Below, one piece after another: positions 1-14,060 of a stretch of DNA of 64,000 bases (position 1 is its first letter; each line of letters begins with the position of its first letter). The notes beneath the pieces were generated by a model. That model had not been told where the DNA came from. It saw only the letters and a list, made by a program, of their open reading frames with translations, and ran no database searches. A program made the position numbers and the translations under genes. Origin of the DNA: Bugula neritina (Eukaryota > Animalia > Bryozoa); NCBI GenBank assembly GCA_964035545.1, contig OZ037765.1:6334698-6398697 (forward strand), read 5' to 3'.

Positions 1-3000
1 CTCCAGCATATCGGAGAAGTCATTAAGAACCCTGAAATTCAATGTAAGCCTGTAATTTAGTTAGATTTCAGATTGAAGAAATTGGTAACTTGTATTATGG
101 AATTTGTATTCACAAAGTTTCTATTTCTGTATTTGTTTAGCCATAGTACCAGTTATGTTGGAGGCCTTGAAGAACCCAAGTCATCATACCACTAAGTGTT
201 TGCAGACTTTATTGGATACCCAGTTTGTGCATTTCATTGATGCCCCATCACTAGCTCTCATCATGCCTGTGGTCACTCGGGCTATTGAAGACAGATCTAC
301 TGAAACCAGGAAGATGGCCTGTCAAATCATTGGTAACATGTACTCACTCACTGACCAAAAGGTGGGTACAGATTTTCAACTGATAAAGCTCTCGAGTCAT
401 TATATTTCCTTGAAGAAATTAACTTTTTACTTCTACAATTTGAAGCATCCGATAAAATATTGTGTGAAGTTGATTGCATTTTTCATTGATATTTTTGTGT
501 CATCTGGATTAGTTTAGTATTTTTCTATTGCATCACCTCAATAATATGAATTAGTATCTGTTAGCATTATAATTATAGGTTACTATAAGTTTACTTCTAT
601 TAAATTCCTACATATTTAATAAAATGTCGTAATTGTAGGATCTTGCACCTTATCTACCCAACATAATGCCTGGTTTGAAGAAGTCTCTGGTAGATCCAGT
701 TCCTGAAGTGCGAGGCATGTCGGCTAGGGCTCTCGGCGCCATGGTTCGGGGCATTGGAGAACAAGGCTTTGAAGATCTTCAGCCCTGGTTGATGGCTACG
801 CTCACCTCAGATGTAAACACTGTCAACAGGTATACTGTCTAACACGGTTCTTCCTACTGTGCTCAGATAATATTTCTATATACTTTAACTCAGCTAGCAT
901 GATGGTGAATCAATGTGTGTGAAAGGTTTTAATGTATGCTAAGTGATTCTAAAAGATGTAAATGCAAACAATTTTAACAGCAGCTACTATAACTGTAACT
1001 AACTGTCATAACTCACTTACTTATGTGGACTATGTGTATAGTATGTATATACTATATAGTCTGTATATAGTCTGTATATATTGTATGTGTATAGTCTGTA
1101 TATAGTATGTGTATATAATCTGTATATAGTATGTATACAGTATGTGTATAGTCTGTATATAGTCAGTATATAGTCTGTATATAGTATGTGTATAGTCTGT
1201 ATATAGTCAATGTATATAGTCTGTATATACTATATAGTATGTGTATAGTATGTGTATAGTATGTGTATAGTCAGTGCGTTTGTCTCACAGGTCTGGTGCC
1301 GCTCAAGGTCTAAGTGAGGTCATAGGTGCGCTAGGTATTGGTAAACTGAAGCAGTACATCAGTGACATCATAGAGACGGCTAACAGGTCAGACATACCAC
1401 CATACGTACGAGATGGATACATCATGATGTTCATCTACTTACCCAGCGTGTTCGGTCAAGGTTTCACGCAGTTTGTGGGCCCCATTCTACCAACTATACT
1501 CAAGGTATGAATGGAGAATTGTCATCTGAGTATATGCTCACCTATCCAGAAAGAATTGTGTGGCGGCTGTCCAATTATATTGATTGCTTACGTGTATATA
1601 GAATTAGTTAGCTGGACCTGGTGTTGAACATTCCAGAATCCTAAATGAAACAGCTGTTTATTTTCATTTGAAAGTTCTCTTTGGCACACACATACATATA
1701 TTCTGTTTCTACAACCTATGCAGGCGCTAGCTGATGAGAGTGAGTATGTTAGAGATACAGGTCTGAAGGCAGGACAGAAGATTATAAACATGTTTGCCGC
1801 GACGTCTATTGAATTACTTCTTCCCGAGGTTTGTCTCTTTTGTACACAAAAATAACAATGTTCTACTGTTATGCAGAGATGCAGCATTTTCTTAGCTTGG
1901 TTTTATATGTTTTGATTTCGAATTTGGGTCTTTAGTCTGGTGGTTTCATTTTGCAAGCAGCAAACCTCTAATGCTGAAAATATTTAGCAGAACTCACACT
2001 GTTGCAACTGCAACTTCACTGGTTTGCTGGATCTCACATGTAACATAGTTGCAGTATCAAAAGCTTAAGTTAGTTTTAATAGGTGCTTCTGGGAAAAGAT
2101 TTTAAAGTCATTTTTTCTCCAAGTGAATGTTAAATCGCTGGAAAAATTCAGATTTACTTAATCTATTTAGAATGAAAAAGGATTTTCTTATACAGCAAAG
2201 CCGAAATTTGAGATTAAAATGGTACTATTTTTGGATTTTGTTTGTTTCTCTACAATTCTGGGTATATTTTTACTAACTTAGTTGGAATCAGTAAATTCCC
2301 GACCTTCTGATAAAACCAACTGCGAGGTGGCAGAAGTTGGTCTCCATGCATTCAAACACCTAATAAGCCACAACGTTCTGTCATCCACAATATAAGCTGA
2401 TGATAATGTCTACTGCAGCTAGAGAAGGGTCTGTTTGATGAGAACTGGAGAATCCGATTGAGTAGTGTACAGTTGCTCGGTGACCTGCTCTACAAGCTCT
2501 CTGGTGTTAGCGGTAAGGGCTCCACTGAAACCGCCCATGATGATGACAATTTCGGCACAGAAATTAGTCAGCAGGTAAAGTATGGCATGTGTGTGATATG
2601 TTCTACATATAGCTGGATTATGCATAGTCACATGCTGTGTATATTGTAAAATATGCATGTAGGAACCTAAACCATAACATCTTATTATCCGTGTTGTTTT
2701 TTATATTGGATAAATTTCTTTGAATTGGTTCCCAAATATACTAGTCTATCCAATGCGTCTACCATTGTAAAGTCTTTTAAGGCGACACAACATATTTGAG
2801 GCAAAAATTTTTGCCTGCAATTATAGTGCACGAAGAAGCATGGATAATTATTAGACAGCACTGTTTTTAAATTGCATTTATGTATTGACTCCAAGTTTTC
2901 AATTTGTAATTCAACATCTAGTTTTCATATTTTGTAGTTGCAAAAATCTGTTGTTGTATATCATATTTATTTCCATGTTTTGTATATTACTATTTTGGCA

Positions 3001-6000
3001 TGGCCCTGTTCTGTCCTTGAGAAATCAATTCTCAATAATCTTTACATAAGCCCTATCTATGTAAATTATCTATTATTATTGCTATTCATCATAGATTCAT
3101 GGATGTAAAAAGTCTTCAGTTTTTTCTCACTTTTTTTCTGGTTTGTATTCATTCATTCAGTAGGCATGTTCAGCAAACTATCTTAGTTCTGTTTCAGAAA
3201 TAGTTAACCTGATGTTTGCCTAATATAGATGATAGTGTTACATGCATTTCTCAGTATGACATATAATCTGGTGCACATTGTATGGTGCTGCAGATGGTTA
3301 TTAAAATGTTGGGAGTAGAGAGAAGGAATCGTGTGCTATCTGGTCTCTATATGGGGCGGTCTGATACAGCCCTCCTTGTCAGACAGTCATCTCTACACGT
3401 GTGGAAGGTTATAGTCAGCAACACACCGAAGACTCTCCGTGACATCCTGCCTACACTATTCTCACTGCTGTTAGCCTGTCTGGCCAGCACCAGTTATGAC
3501 AAGAGGGAGGTATGTAGTAGTTGATGTCCTTATCAATCAGTTGTGGGCAGTTTATGCACTAAATTGGTAATTTACAGTGTAATTGCTCGGAAATATTTCT
3601 CAATCTCAATTGGTTTTATTTGTGAAGGTTTCTGCTTATTACAACTTTTCTACAGTTTTAGGATTTAAACTGATTAAGTATTTGTTGCAGCATTTTTCAA
3701 GTAGCTGGTTTGTTTGGCATGTTACTCATTTTAAAGGAGTGGGACTGAAGGCAGCCATCTGTTTGCCTCAGATATCATTGGTTAATGATATTTTTGAAAG
3801 TTTAAACGTTTATTATTATTTCTTGTGTCATCATATTTGTCATACAAGTGGTGACTGCTAGGAGACAATCCATGCACTTTGTAGGTTGCTGCCAGAACTC
3901 TGGGCGACATTGTGAAGAAGCTGGGAGAGAGAGTGCTGCCTGAGATCTTGCCGATACTTGAGGTTGGCTTAGCCTCAGAGGATGCAGATAAGAGACAGGG
4001 TGTCTGCATTGGGTTGAGTGAAATCATGAAATCAACTAGTAGAGATCATGTGATTGGCTATTCGGATAGCCTCATACCCACTGTCGCTAAGGCGCTGTCG
4101 GATAGCGAAGGGTCCGTCAGGTCAGCTGCCGCCAAGACGTTTGATTCACTGCACGCAAACATCGGGTTGAGAGCTCTGGACGAAGTTCTGCCAAACCTGC
4201 TTGAAAAACTGGTTAGTCGCCATTTGCAGTTAAATATGGAAGGATGTGCTTGTCTTCATAATAGGCAACCGGTTTTTAAGTTACTAATTTTCATTAATTA
4301 AACATCAAGTTTCATCACAAATTCAGAGTAGTTGTCAAAGTAGTTTGTATCATTTTCAGTTAAATTTCTAATGCTTGAGTTAATTATGTTTTAGTTCTGG
4401 TTTTTAAGATGTCATGTATATCTTGCAAGTTGAAGCTTGAATTAGAAATTAATATTGTGGCACGAAATTTGCCTACTTAAGTACGCTGACTCAGGAGTGT
4501 TAATCTGCAGCCTCTGTGAGCTTGTATATCCTGTTGTTAGAATGATGAGTCACAGAAAGAGTATGCCCTGGATGGACTTCAGCAAGTAATGGCCATCAAA
4601 TCTCAAGCGGTGCTTCCTTACCTCGTCCCCAAACTTACTCATCCTCCAGTCAACACTAAGGCTTTATCTCTGCTCTCCAGTGTGGCCGGGCATGCACTGG
4701 ATAGAGAGCTTCACAAAATATTGCAGGTAAAACTTTCGGTCACATGATTTTATCTTCTTGATAACAGTCATATATAACAGTAGCCAGAGCTTGTTGGCTG
4801 TCATTAGACTTGTATTATGGAACTTTAATACTTTTAATACTGAAAAGCACCATGTTGTTTATTCACAGGCTTTAAGTGGAAGTTTAGCCTCGAAACTAGG
4901 CACACCTGATGAGGATGAAGAGTTGGGCTATTGTATTGCTGTAGTGCAAAGTGTGCAGACTGAGCCCGCAGTTAGGACTGTAATTGACGAGTCTCTCAGA
5001 CTATTAAGTTCAAAGGTCAGTGCTGTTGAGCAGAATACTTACACTGTGTGTTTGGTAAGCTTTAGTTATCAAGAGTTGTCTGTGAAGGAGTTTGATATGT
5101 ATTTATATCGTATTTTGATATGTATTTGTGTGGATATTAAGTGTGGTAAGGTATGGGATGATAACTTGTCATGGATTATCTGTGCTGTGAGGCTATAGTT
5201 GTGAACCTACATTGTGATACAGGAGGAGCGGGTGCAGGCCGCCTCTGCGATGATACTCAATGTGTTCTGCAAGGAGACGAAGATGGAGTACGAGGACTAC
5301 CTCTCTCAGCTATTCAGAGCTACTATTGGTCTACTCTCACACTCTGATATCCGAGTGCTGACAGCTGCCTGGGACTGTATCAACTCTATAGTTAAGGTTT
5401 GTCTTCTCCTGTCAGTTTTCTCTGTATGTGACAATATAACCTCATACATTGCCAACACGCTTTACTATATCATTCCATACAATTCTTTTAAAAGTTTTAA
5501 AGTGATCAATCAATCAATCATTTGCTACAACTAAAGCAGTATGTTGGTGAGATATTCTTACTGGTTGTATTTGCAGAGACTTGATTCTACAAAATGTATG
5601 ATGCAAGTACCGACTGTGAAGCAAGCTCTACGTTACGCTGTCGCTGACCTGAAAGGTGGAAGTGTGCTGCCCGGCCTGTGTTTGCCTAAGAAAGTAAGAC
5701 AATCAGCTGTCACTTTACAAGATTTATGTTGCATTTCTATATATGCTGTAAAATTAATCCAATCCAAGAAGAAACAACTCTTACTGTAGTCATTACATTA
5801 TATTTGCAGGGTATGACGTGTCTGCTGCCATTATTCAGGGAGGGGCTCCTGTCTGGTGCCCCCGAGTTAAAGGAAACCTCGGCCCTGGCTCTCTCCGATG
5901 CAATCAAAGTGACCTCAGCTGATGCGCTCAAGCAGTCAGTGGTTCACATAACTGGTCCTCTTATTCGTGTGCTGGGAGACAGATATGGTCCCACTGTTAG

Positions 6001-9000
6001 AGTGGCCATGCTAGAAACTATTACAGTTCTGCTGCTAAAGGTTATTATACAATACATGTGTGCTTATCATCGGTAACATGCATTTATAAATACAAACAGT
6101 TGGTTATTTTATGTGAAGCGTGCATTATTAAATGTGCTATCCTATTGGGACTTTCTACAGTAATGCCATGATCATATATTTTATAACATTTGACATTTAT
6201 TCATGATGCTTGACTGGTGAAGAATATTTTAATTCAATTTTTAATGTATTTCTTTATACATGGCGCATGTTTCAGTCAATTTATTGTTTCTAAATGCTAG
6301 CGATTTCTGTTCAACTGAAAAAGAAAACGTTATTAAACTTATGATTGTGTTTATGTTGCAGTGTGGTCCAATGTTGAAGCCATTCCTGCCTCAACTGCAA
6401 ACAACTTTCATAAAGGCTCTCAAGGATGCCGCCCGATCTGTTAGACTGAGAGCTGCTGAGGCTATGGCTCAACTTATTGTTATTCACATGAAAGCAGACT
6501 CAGTCTTTACTGAACTCAACAACAGTATCAAAGATTATTCAGACGACAGCTCTGTACGGTATGATGTAATTTTGGTGTTTGTCTTCTCCTAGACTAGTGA
6601 TGTGCAAACAATTATTTCAACGATCCGAAGCTGAAAAATCTGACAAGAACTTAGAAAAAAGTGAAAACTTCACTGTTTCAATATGACGGCTCCCATCAAA
6701 TTACATTGTTATTATGGTTTAATATCACTTTATAGTTTAAAAAAATTTTATGTTTATATTATCTTACTTATGTTTTTTTTGTTTATTGCTATTCTAAATG
6801 AACCACATGAAAATAGGAGATGGTCCGAATCCAGATTCCCCATAGCTGTACTGGACCTTTGAATGACTGTTAATCAATTTATTGATGTGTATCTTTAGAG
6901 AGACATTCTTGTACGCTCTGCGACTGTGCCTAACGGGTGGCAGTAAGAAAATGGGGGCAGCCATTAGACAGGATATCACAAAGACTATAACTGGTTTAAT
7001 GGGAATGGCTGAAGATAGTGTGAGAACTACAAACGCCGCTGCTCTCGGGGCTCTACTTGGTTGTCTGCCCTCAGAAGAGAAGAGTGATGTCATTCTCTCT
7101 CATCTCCTAGGTAACACTCACTGCTTGTTTGTGTGTCTGTCTTCAGTTCAGTTCAGCTTGTTTGCCTAATAACCTGCTATCTCATGTGGAACATGTTTGT
7201 TTCATGTCAATTTTTCCTTGAAAATTTTTTGTTCAAATTTGCTTAATTTTGCTTATTTGAAGAGTAATGTTTGCTTCAGATGTTTTATTGATGTTTTATT
7301 GTTATTTTTGTTATCATATATTGTTGTTTTTATCAGATGTATTACTTCACACAATTTAGTCCTAACTGTAAAAATAATAAATTATTATTGCAAAGCTTTT
7401 TTACATATATTCTTATAGACTAGTAACTGCATTAAAAATAAATTAGAATTTTTTTTATTTACTACTTTATTTATAAATGAAGTAGTAAATAAAAAATGTT
7501 TCATATTTGTTAATTTAAATGCTTTTTTCTGATCTGAAATAGATTTAAGATTGCAAGTTTGTTTTTGCAACCGAGTAATAATTTCTTTCAGATAAGAACG
7601 AGAGTAACTGGATGATACTGCATGCTAGGAGTGTGGCCCTGTTCGTAGCACTAAAAGAGAGTTATAGCTCCTTGCTGCAAGATGGTGATAACCGGGAGGC
7701 TGTTATAGAAGTCCTTTTGTCTCACAGCAGTTCTGATAAAGTAGACTATTCTATATTGTTGTATTTTCATTAAATAAATTAATTGCCCATAAAAATTACT
7801 GTGTCAAGTGATAGTGCAAGCTTATAATTTGGCAAATTGCATTAAATAAAATTTGGAGGCTTTCAATCCACAATTATTTTGTCTGTATTAGTTGTATTTA
7901 TGCATATCTTATAAATGTGTGTTGTGTTAATTCTAGGTATCAGTAGCTCAGTTCGGCTTGAGAGGAATAGCTATGATGTTAGAGCAAGACGTGCGAGCTT
8001 CTACCAGTCTAGATAAACGTCTTGTCATTGCTGTTAAAACGGTAAGTTTGTGTACCACAGATGTTTGTGACCCACGCTGTGTGACAACTATCTTGCTACT
8101 ATCTATTCAGTAATAGTGTTTTTTGTTACTGATGATTGGTTGTTAGCACATGATTGACATATTGGCTGTTGTATTGTCAGGCTATGAAGAGCGAATCAAA
8201 TGATGTGAAACAACTAGTTGCTCACGTCATTGAGCTGGTGAGTCGAGTAGCCAATCACTGTTCACAGGAAGGACTCGAAGAAAGTGTTTCTAAGATTTGG
8301 ATACCGACGTTGATCACAGGTGCTAAGGAGAAGAACTCCGCAGTAAAGGCGTCTAGTGAATATGCGTTGATAACACTTCTTCAACTCCGTAAATCTGATG
8401 ATTGCTATAAGGTAGGAAATAGCTTTTAGTTTTCACATCGATATGCATGTCTGTGAGCACAACTGGCCACAACATTTCATTCACAGTTACATTCACAGCA
8501 TGAATAACTTTATGGCAAAAAATGGAAAATTGCATGTATATTAGTTTAAATAAGAAGACCCTATTTTCTTCTTGCCTTTAGTGTAGCCAATAGACCATGT
8601 AAAACTCAGCCAATCAGCGAAGTGTACCAGGTCAATGTCTTACCATTGTAACTGATATAAAATTCTGCAAGTTCAATTGCAAAATGCATGCTTCTAGAAG
8701 CTAGTTGTGCAACTTTTTTTCATGCATTATTTAATTTCATATCTTAAATTGATGACTCTTGAAATGATTTTTTAAAATGTCTAAATTAAGTGTGTATAAA
8801 ATGCAATTAAAAATTGCGTGTCTAAAAAATGACCTGGTACACTTTTGCAACTTAAGGCCAATTATTACATAACTGCCAGCTTAGTAGTTATTTGTTGTTG
8901 CAGCTTGAATGGGTTATTGTTTAGCATTGAAAGCTTGTAATAAACGGCTGTGAATTTGGTACATGAATTTGATTGGCTGGTTTTTGAATGGCCCTTTAGT

Positions 9001-12000
9001 ATATGCATCTGGATGGCTGGGTAGTGTAGGCTCCGCCTACATCTAGCTAATGTACAGTAGCCAATCCACAGTAGTATTACAAAATTTCTGTTTAACATAT
9101 GAAATATTCTGGTCATTTGTTTTGTACTTTACAATAGTATATATTCTATTCAACTGGAATTTTATTGTATGTAAGCCATGGGAACTACTAAGAGGTTAAA
9201 TCAACCACCCATGCTGGTAATATTGTAGCTAGCAGTAATAGCAAGTCCACACCATATAAATATACATATAAGCTATTATGTGCAGCTTATGAATGCTAAA
9301 ATGACCCCATTTCTTACCTTCAATTTGAAAAAAATTGTATTACATATTTTGCCACTTCTGCACCAAGAATGTGTTTTCCTTTTAAATTTTGAAAATAGTA
9401 GTCAGTTTCTGCAGCAGTCAACATCCACAATAAACAACGTAAGCTTTCAAATAAACTATAAATATATGAAATATTAATGTGGAAACAATGTAATTTATTT
9501 ATTGTTATGATGAAAAATTACAAGAATATTATATAAAAGCTAGATATAGATTTCTAGTAAAATGGCACAGGTAAAAATAACACATTTTTACTTCAAATCC
9601 TAAATTTCATCAGTCACCAATGGTGGCTGTAGATTACAGAGAGCACAGCAGACTATCATAGTCTTGTCTAATAAAGATGCCAACACCAAGTTCACACTTC
9701 GGGACCATTTAAAATATTGAACTCCTTTATCCTTTTGATTGCTCTTTCGACATGGATTCGAAGGTTAGAAATCAACTTTGTTTGCAGTAACTGCATTTTA
9801 GTCATTTGCAAATGGCCTCTTTTCCCAAGTGATATGGCCAACTTGGCTCCAGCGCCTATAAGTTCTTCTTCAATCGTGAAGGTATAAAGGCAAGTTAAGA
9901 AGCCTCTATCTGCATGACCACATCACCTGGGTTTATGAAGTCTAAGAACCCAGAGTCATTCACTACACACTTGTCTGAGGCTCTACCTCCCATTCCATGC
10001 GAAATAAAGCAGATAGTGCCCCTGGGTGTAATTGCAACCAAATACTTGATGGTGTTGGTCTTTTTATACTCACTCCATGTTAAATATTGAGCCAGCTTTG
10101 ATTGAGGCTTGCAAATGAATATTTCTGTGCAGTCTATAATGCACCTAATGTAAGCATATTGGCTTTGAAAGCTCAGAGGGATGTTCAGCTTTTCTCTTGG
10201 TGGAAAATATTTAACGTGTCTTTGAAGGTTTTGCTTGCTAGCAATCTAAAGAGATAAAAATAGCCAGCAAGTATTTGAAACTGTAAACCTTGACGCAGCT
10301 TCATCAAAGCCAATAAAAGTTCATCTTGTCTTGTTAACTTTTTTTGGAGAGTAAGAACTTTCATCTTCGGACATATAAATCTAAATATAGTAAATAAAGA
10401 AAGAAAATTAAATTATGATTCAAATTATAATGTATGTGCTAAATAAATTTTGTGCTTAGTTTGTATTCATTCAGCAGTTTTTACCCTCTGGTAAGTAGCT
10501 TCAGTTATATTTTGCAACAACTATGAAGTTCAAGAACTGCTAGCTGAAGGCTTGACCCAATATATCACCATCCGAACAAAATGTAATGTGTGTCAACATG
10601 TGTTACATAATACTGTAACAGTACATGATAAGCTAGTTGTATGAATACATGCTTTGAATGAAGTCATGAGTTTAAACAAATACTGTGGACAAACAATTAT
10701 TACTTTATTTTATAATTATACTATAACTAATTCAAACCCATATTATTTCTAGAATAGCATTTAATAATGTTTGTGAATAAGTGAAACTAGTAACAAGTGT
10801 AAACCATTTTAGTTTTAAACACCTACTTAGTTTCAGCTAATAATTAGATTAGGAGGCCACTTTTAATAAGCTTTAAAATAACCAAGGAAAATTTAGGTTA
10901 AAACAATTTACTTTTCCTGCAACAAATTTAATTAAAATGACAGTTTTAATACATATCAAATTTAATCAATGTACAAATTTTAGCATAGTGAGACTTGCAT
11001 TGTTTATTTGTAATAAACCATAGTATATCTTTGCAATAAGAAAATAATAATTTTCACCTTGCTAAAGAAAAGTATAGAGAACGTGTAGGTATTCCAGAAT
11101 AGAATTTAGTTCACTCATCTGTAGTCGTGAAAGTTTTCAAAACTTTTACTTTTTTAATAGTTGCTTTTTGTTTAATCGTGGAATATTTTGAGCTTTTTCT
11201 TCCAACTTTTGAATTCGTCTATCAATAGAATGTGCAGGACTTTTTTCTGAGTAGTTGATGTTTCTGGTAACTCAGTTACTTCTGATGAAGTCTGACTATG
11301 AGGATGGCTGTCAGATGAGTTCTGTTGCTCTATATCAGCTGACTCTGTTGAAGACGTTTTCTGTTCGTTTCCTTCACTTGTTTTATTAAAACCACTGTTT
11401 TTTGTGCGTCTTACATTATATGCTTTAGTGCGTTGGTAACCCAAATAAAGGGTTGGAGTTGGATTTTGCTCAGTGGGCTGACCATCCTTATAATTATGAT
11501 TATGATAGTCTGCTGTGCTCTCTGTAATCTACAGCCACCATTGGTGACTGATGAAATTTAGGATTTGAAGTAAAAATGTGTTATTTTTACCTGTGCCATT
11601 TTACTAGAAATCTATATCTAGCTTTTATATAATATTCTTGTAATTTTTCATCATAGCAATAAATAAATTACATTGTTTCCACATTAATATTTCATATATT
11701 TATAGTTTATTTGAAAGCTTACGTTGTTTATTGTGGATGTTGACTGCTGCAGAAACTGACTACTATTTTCAAAATTTAAAAGGAAAACACATTCTTGGTG
11801 CAGAAGTGGCAAAATATGTAATACAATTTTTTTCAAATTGAAGGTAAGAAATGGGGTCATTTTAGCATTCATAAGCTGCACATAATAGCTTATATGTATA
11901 TTTATATGGTGTGGACTTGCTATTACTGCTAGCTACAATATTACCAGCATGGGTGGTTGATTTAACCTCTTAGTAGTTCCCATGGCTTACATACAATAAA

Positions 12001-12861
12001 ATTCCAGTTGAATAGAATATATACTATTGTAAAGTACAAAACAAATGACCAGAATATTTCATATGTTAAACAGAAATTTTGTAATACTACTGTGGATTGG
12101 CTACTGTACATTAGCTAGATGTAGGCGGAGCCTACACTACCCAGCCATCCAGATGCATATACTAAAGGGCCATTCAAAAACCAGCCAATCAAATTCATGT
12201 ACCAAATTCACAGCCGTTTACTACAAGCTTTCAATGCTAAACAATAACCCATTCAAGCTGCAACAACAAATAACTACTAAGCTGGCAGTTATGTAATAAT
12301 TGGCCTTAAGTTGCAAAAGTGTACCAGGTCATTTTTTTAGACATGCAATTTTTAATTGCATTTTATAAACACTTAATTTAGACATTTTAAAAAATCATTT
12401 CAAGAGTCATCAATTTAAGATATGAAATTAAATAATGCATGAAAAAAAAGTTGCACAACTAGCTTCTAGAAGCATGCATTTTGCAATTGAACTTGCAGAA
12501 TTTTATATCAGTTACAATGGTAAGACATTGACCTGGTACACTTCGCTGATTGGCTGAGTTTTACATGGTCTATTAAAAATCTCTTCACATATTTTTATGT
12601 ATGTTAAAATGCTGTAGTAAGTCATGATTTTACAATTGTTCTACCAGGTACTTCACTGCTGAAAAATGCAATTCATTAAATTATCTGATACTTTGATAAA
12701 ATATATTTTCATATTCTTATTATATTTGTTAGAAATACCTACCGATCATAGATGGGCCAAAGGGAGAGTTGCTACTTGAAACTTATAACAAAAATTTGAA
12801 AAGGCTACTCAAGCTGGCGGAGCCTAAAGAGGAAGTGCTAGATGTAACTTTGCTAAAATGA
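1..12861 (+). CDS. GCN1: GCN1 (eIF2-alpha kinase GCN2 activator, HEAT-repeat protein), 3' portion, 5' end outside window
   Basis: Spliced exons ~1-43, 141-361, 639-829, 1291-1504, 1724-1828, 2419-2574, 3294-3509, 3885-4211, 4541-4726, 4869-5015, 5223-5396, 5577-5693, 5810-6040, 6362-6558, 6899-7110, 7592-7740, 7937-8041, 8181-8411, 12733-12861 with GT-AG ends. Motifs [74 protein letters not shown] match GCN1. Terminal exon KYLPIIDG...[13 protein letters not shown] at 12859-12861. Confidence 0.96.
1030..1273. repeat. degenerate 10-12 bp tandem repeat (TATAGTCTGTA / TATAGTATGTG) in GCN1 intron
   Basis: Many imperfect units visible directly. Confidence 0.9.
8592..12571 (-). mobile_element. ISL2EU-type (PIF/Harbinger group) DNA transposon, defective, with ~1.07 kb inverted arms
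   Basis: Arm 8592-9660 is the reverse complement of 11501-12571. Ends AGACC...GGTCT are flanked by AT on both sides (empty site ccaATtaa). Interior carries THAP-end, HTH and DDE_Tnp_4 transposase remnants. Confidence 0.9.
9600..11490 (-). pseudogene. disrupted THAP-HTH-DDE_Tnp_4 transposase
   Basis: Minus-strand fragments: [19 protein letters not shown] (THAP C-end), [25 protein letters not shown] (HTH), [38 protein letters not shown], frameshift, [22 protein letters not shown], frameshift, [14 protein letters not shown]; stop at 9600-9602. Confidence 0.9.
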
Positions 12862-13807
12862 CACTTGGACATTTGAAAGCATGAAAAACTTCAATCTGTG
12901 GCTGACTTTATTACATTGCAAAATTTAATAGTTTTTAAAATAATTATTTTATTCTGAAATGATTTGTTGGGTAAAGCTTATAAAATACAAAGTTACTTAA
13001 AAAAAACTTCATCAGCTTTTTGAGATAATTTAGTTTACTTGCAATGTTCAAGTCTTATTGTTAATAATAGTTTAAGTAAGCATGTACTGGCAAACATTAG
13101 TGTATAGCAATTAAACAAATTTGCATTTAATAAAAATAGCAAATGTATTCATTTGAAGCACTTGGTCTGCATCTCATTGTTACTATTTAAATATAATTCA
13201 GGGGGACTGTTTTGCTCCAATAAACTGGCTTTAGCTTACAAGAAAACTGTCACAATATGGTACTCAAAAAGACATCTTTATAATGTCTACTCCATAAACT
13301 AAACACTCTTATTTTAATACCTAGATGAAATAACAAGATATGTTAATAAGATTTTTACTATTTTTTTCAAGAATTTTTTTTTAACAAAATTTCAGAATTT
13401 TTGCCATTTTCTTTGAAAAATCTTGCTAAATCTAACTGACATAATATGATGTAGGACAAAAATACTAACGATGAAGAATTGTGATGCTTTCTTATAATAT
13501 ATAACATGAATGTTTTAAATGCCGACTAGATTGAGTGCCATATATTTTTCAAATTATTTACATACATGTATGCTCCTGTAACGCAGATATATGTGCAACA
13601 CTGAAGGGGCATACCCAAAACCTTAAAGGGTGAATACAGTATTGTACTTCTACATGGTTGATAACAGCAAATTTCATAACTGAACCTGGTGTCCTACAAA
13701 TTAATAGTAGTACAGGTAATTACAGTTTTGTTTTCTCTGCGCACACACACAAATAACTGATTATTATAATACAATTATTATAATATAAAGCAGCATTATT
13801 TGCCTTC

Positions 13808-14060
13808 AAGAGTCAGGCAGATGAACATGAGATGGCTGAAATATCTTGAAAGGATAAAGGATAAACTGCTTTACTCATAGGCCATAGCTGAAAAGCTAAA
13901 AGATGGAAGGTCAACACTGCAACCAATGAGGGCCCAGGTTGAGATTTAAAGACACTGAGTGTGGTGCAAAATATGAAGGAGTTGGAAATGGGTAAAGATA
14001 GTTGGCAAAGGATGGCTAAGTACAGAGACAGTTGGAGATGTGTGGTCAAACCAAAGTGAA
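13808..14060 (+). mobile_element. 3' fragment of an RTE-like non-LTR retrotransposon ORF
   Basis: Frameshifted translation VRQMNMRWLKYLERI...GPRLRFKD...NMKELEMGKDSWQRMAKYRDSWRCVV* resembles the RTE-clade C-terminus (RWLGHV..RM...RPRLRWKD...W...A.DR..WR..V). Confidence 0.7.

Noticed and set aside
6595-6645. C/D snoRNA-like boxes in a GCN1 intron
   Set aside because: Too short, imperfect C box, no terminal stem or recognisable guide.
8865-12296. Duplicated ORFs (83 aa at 8865/12045, 65 aa at 9280/11684)
   Set aside because: By-products of the inverted arms; no recognisable protein, and no YqaJ second ORF could be identified.
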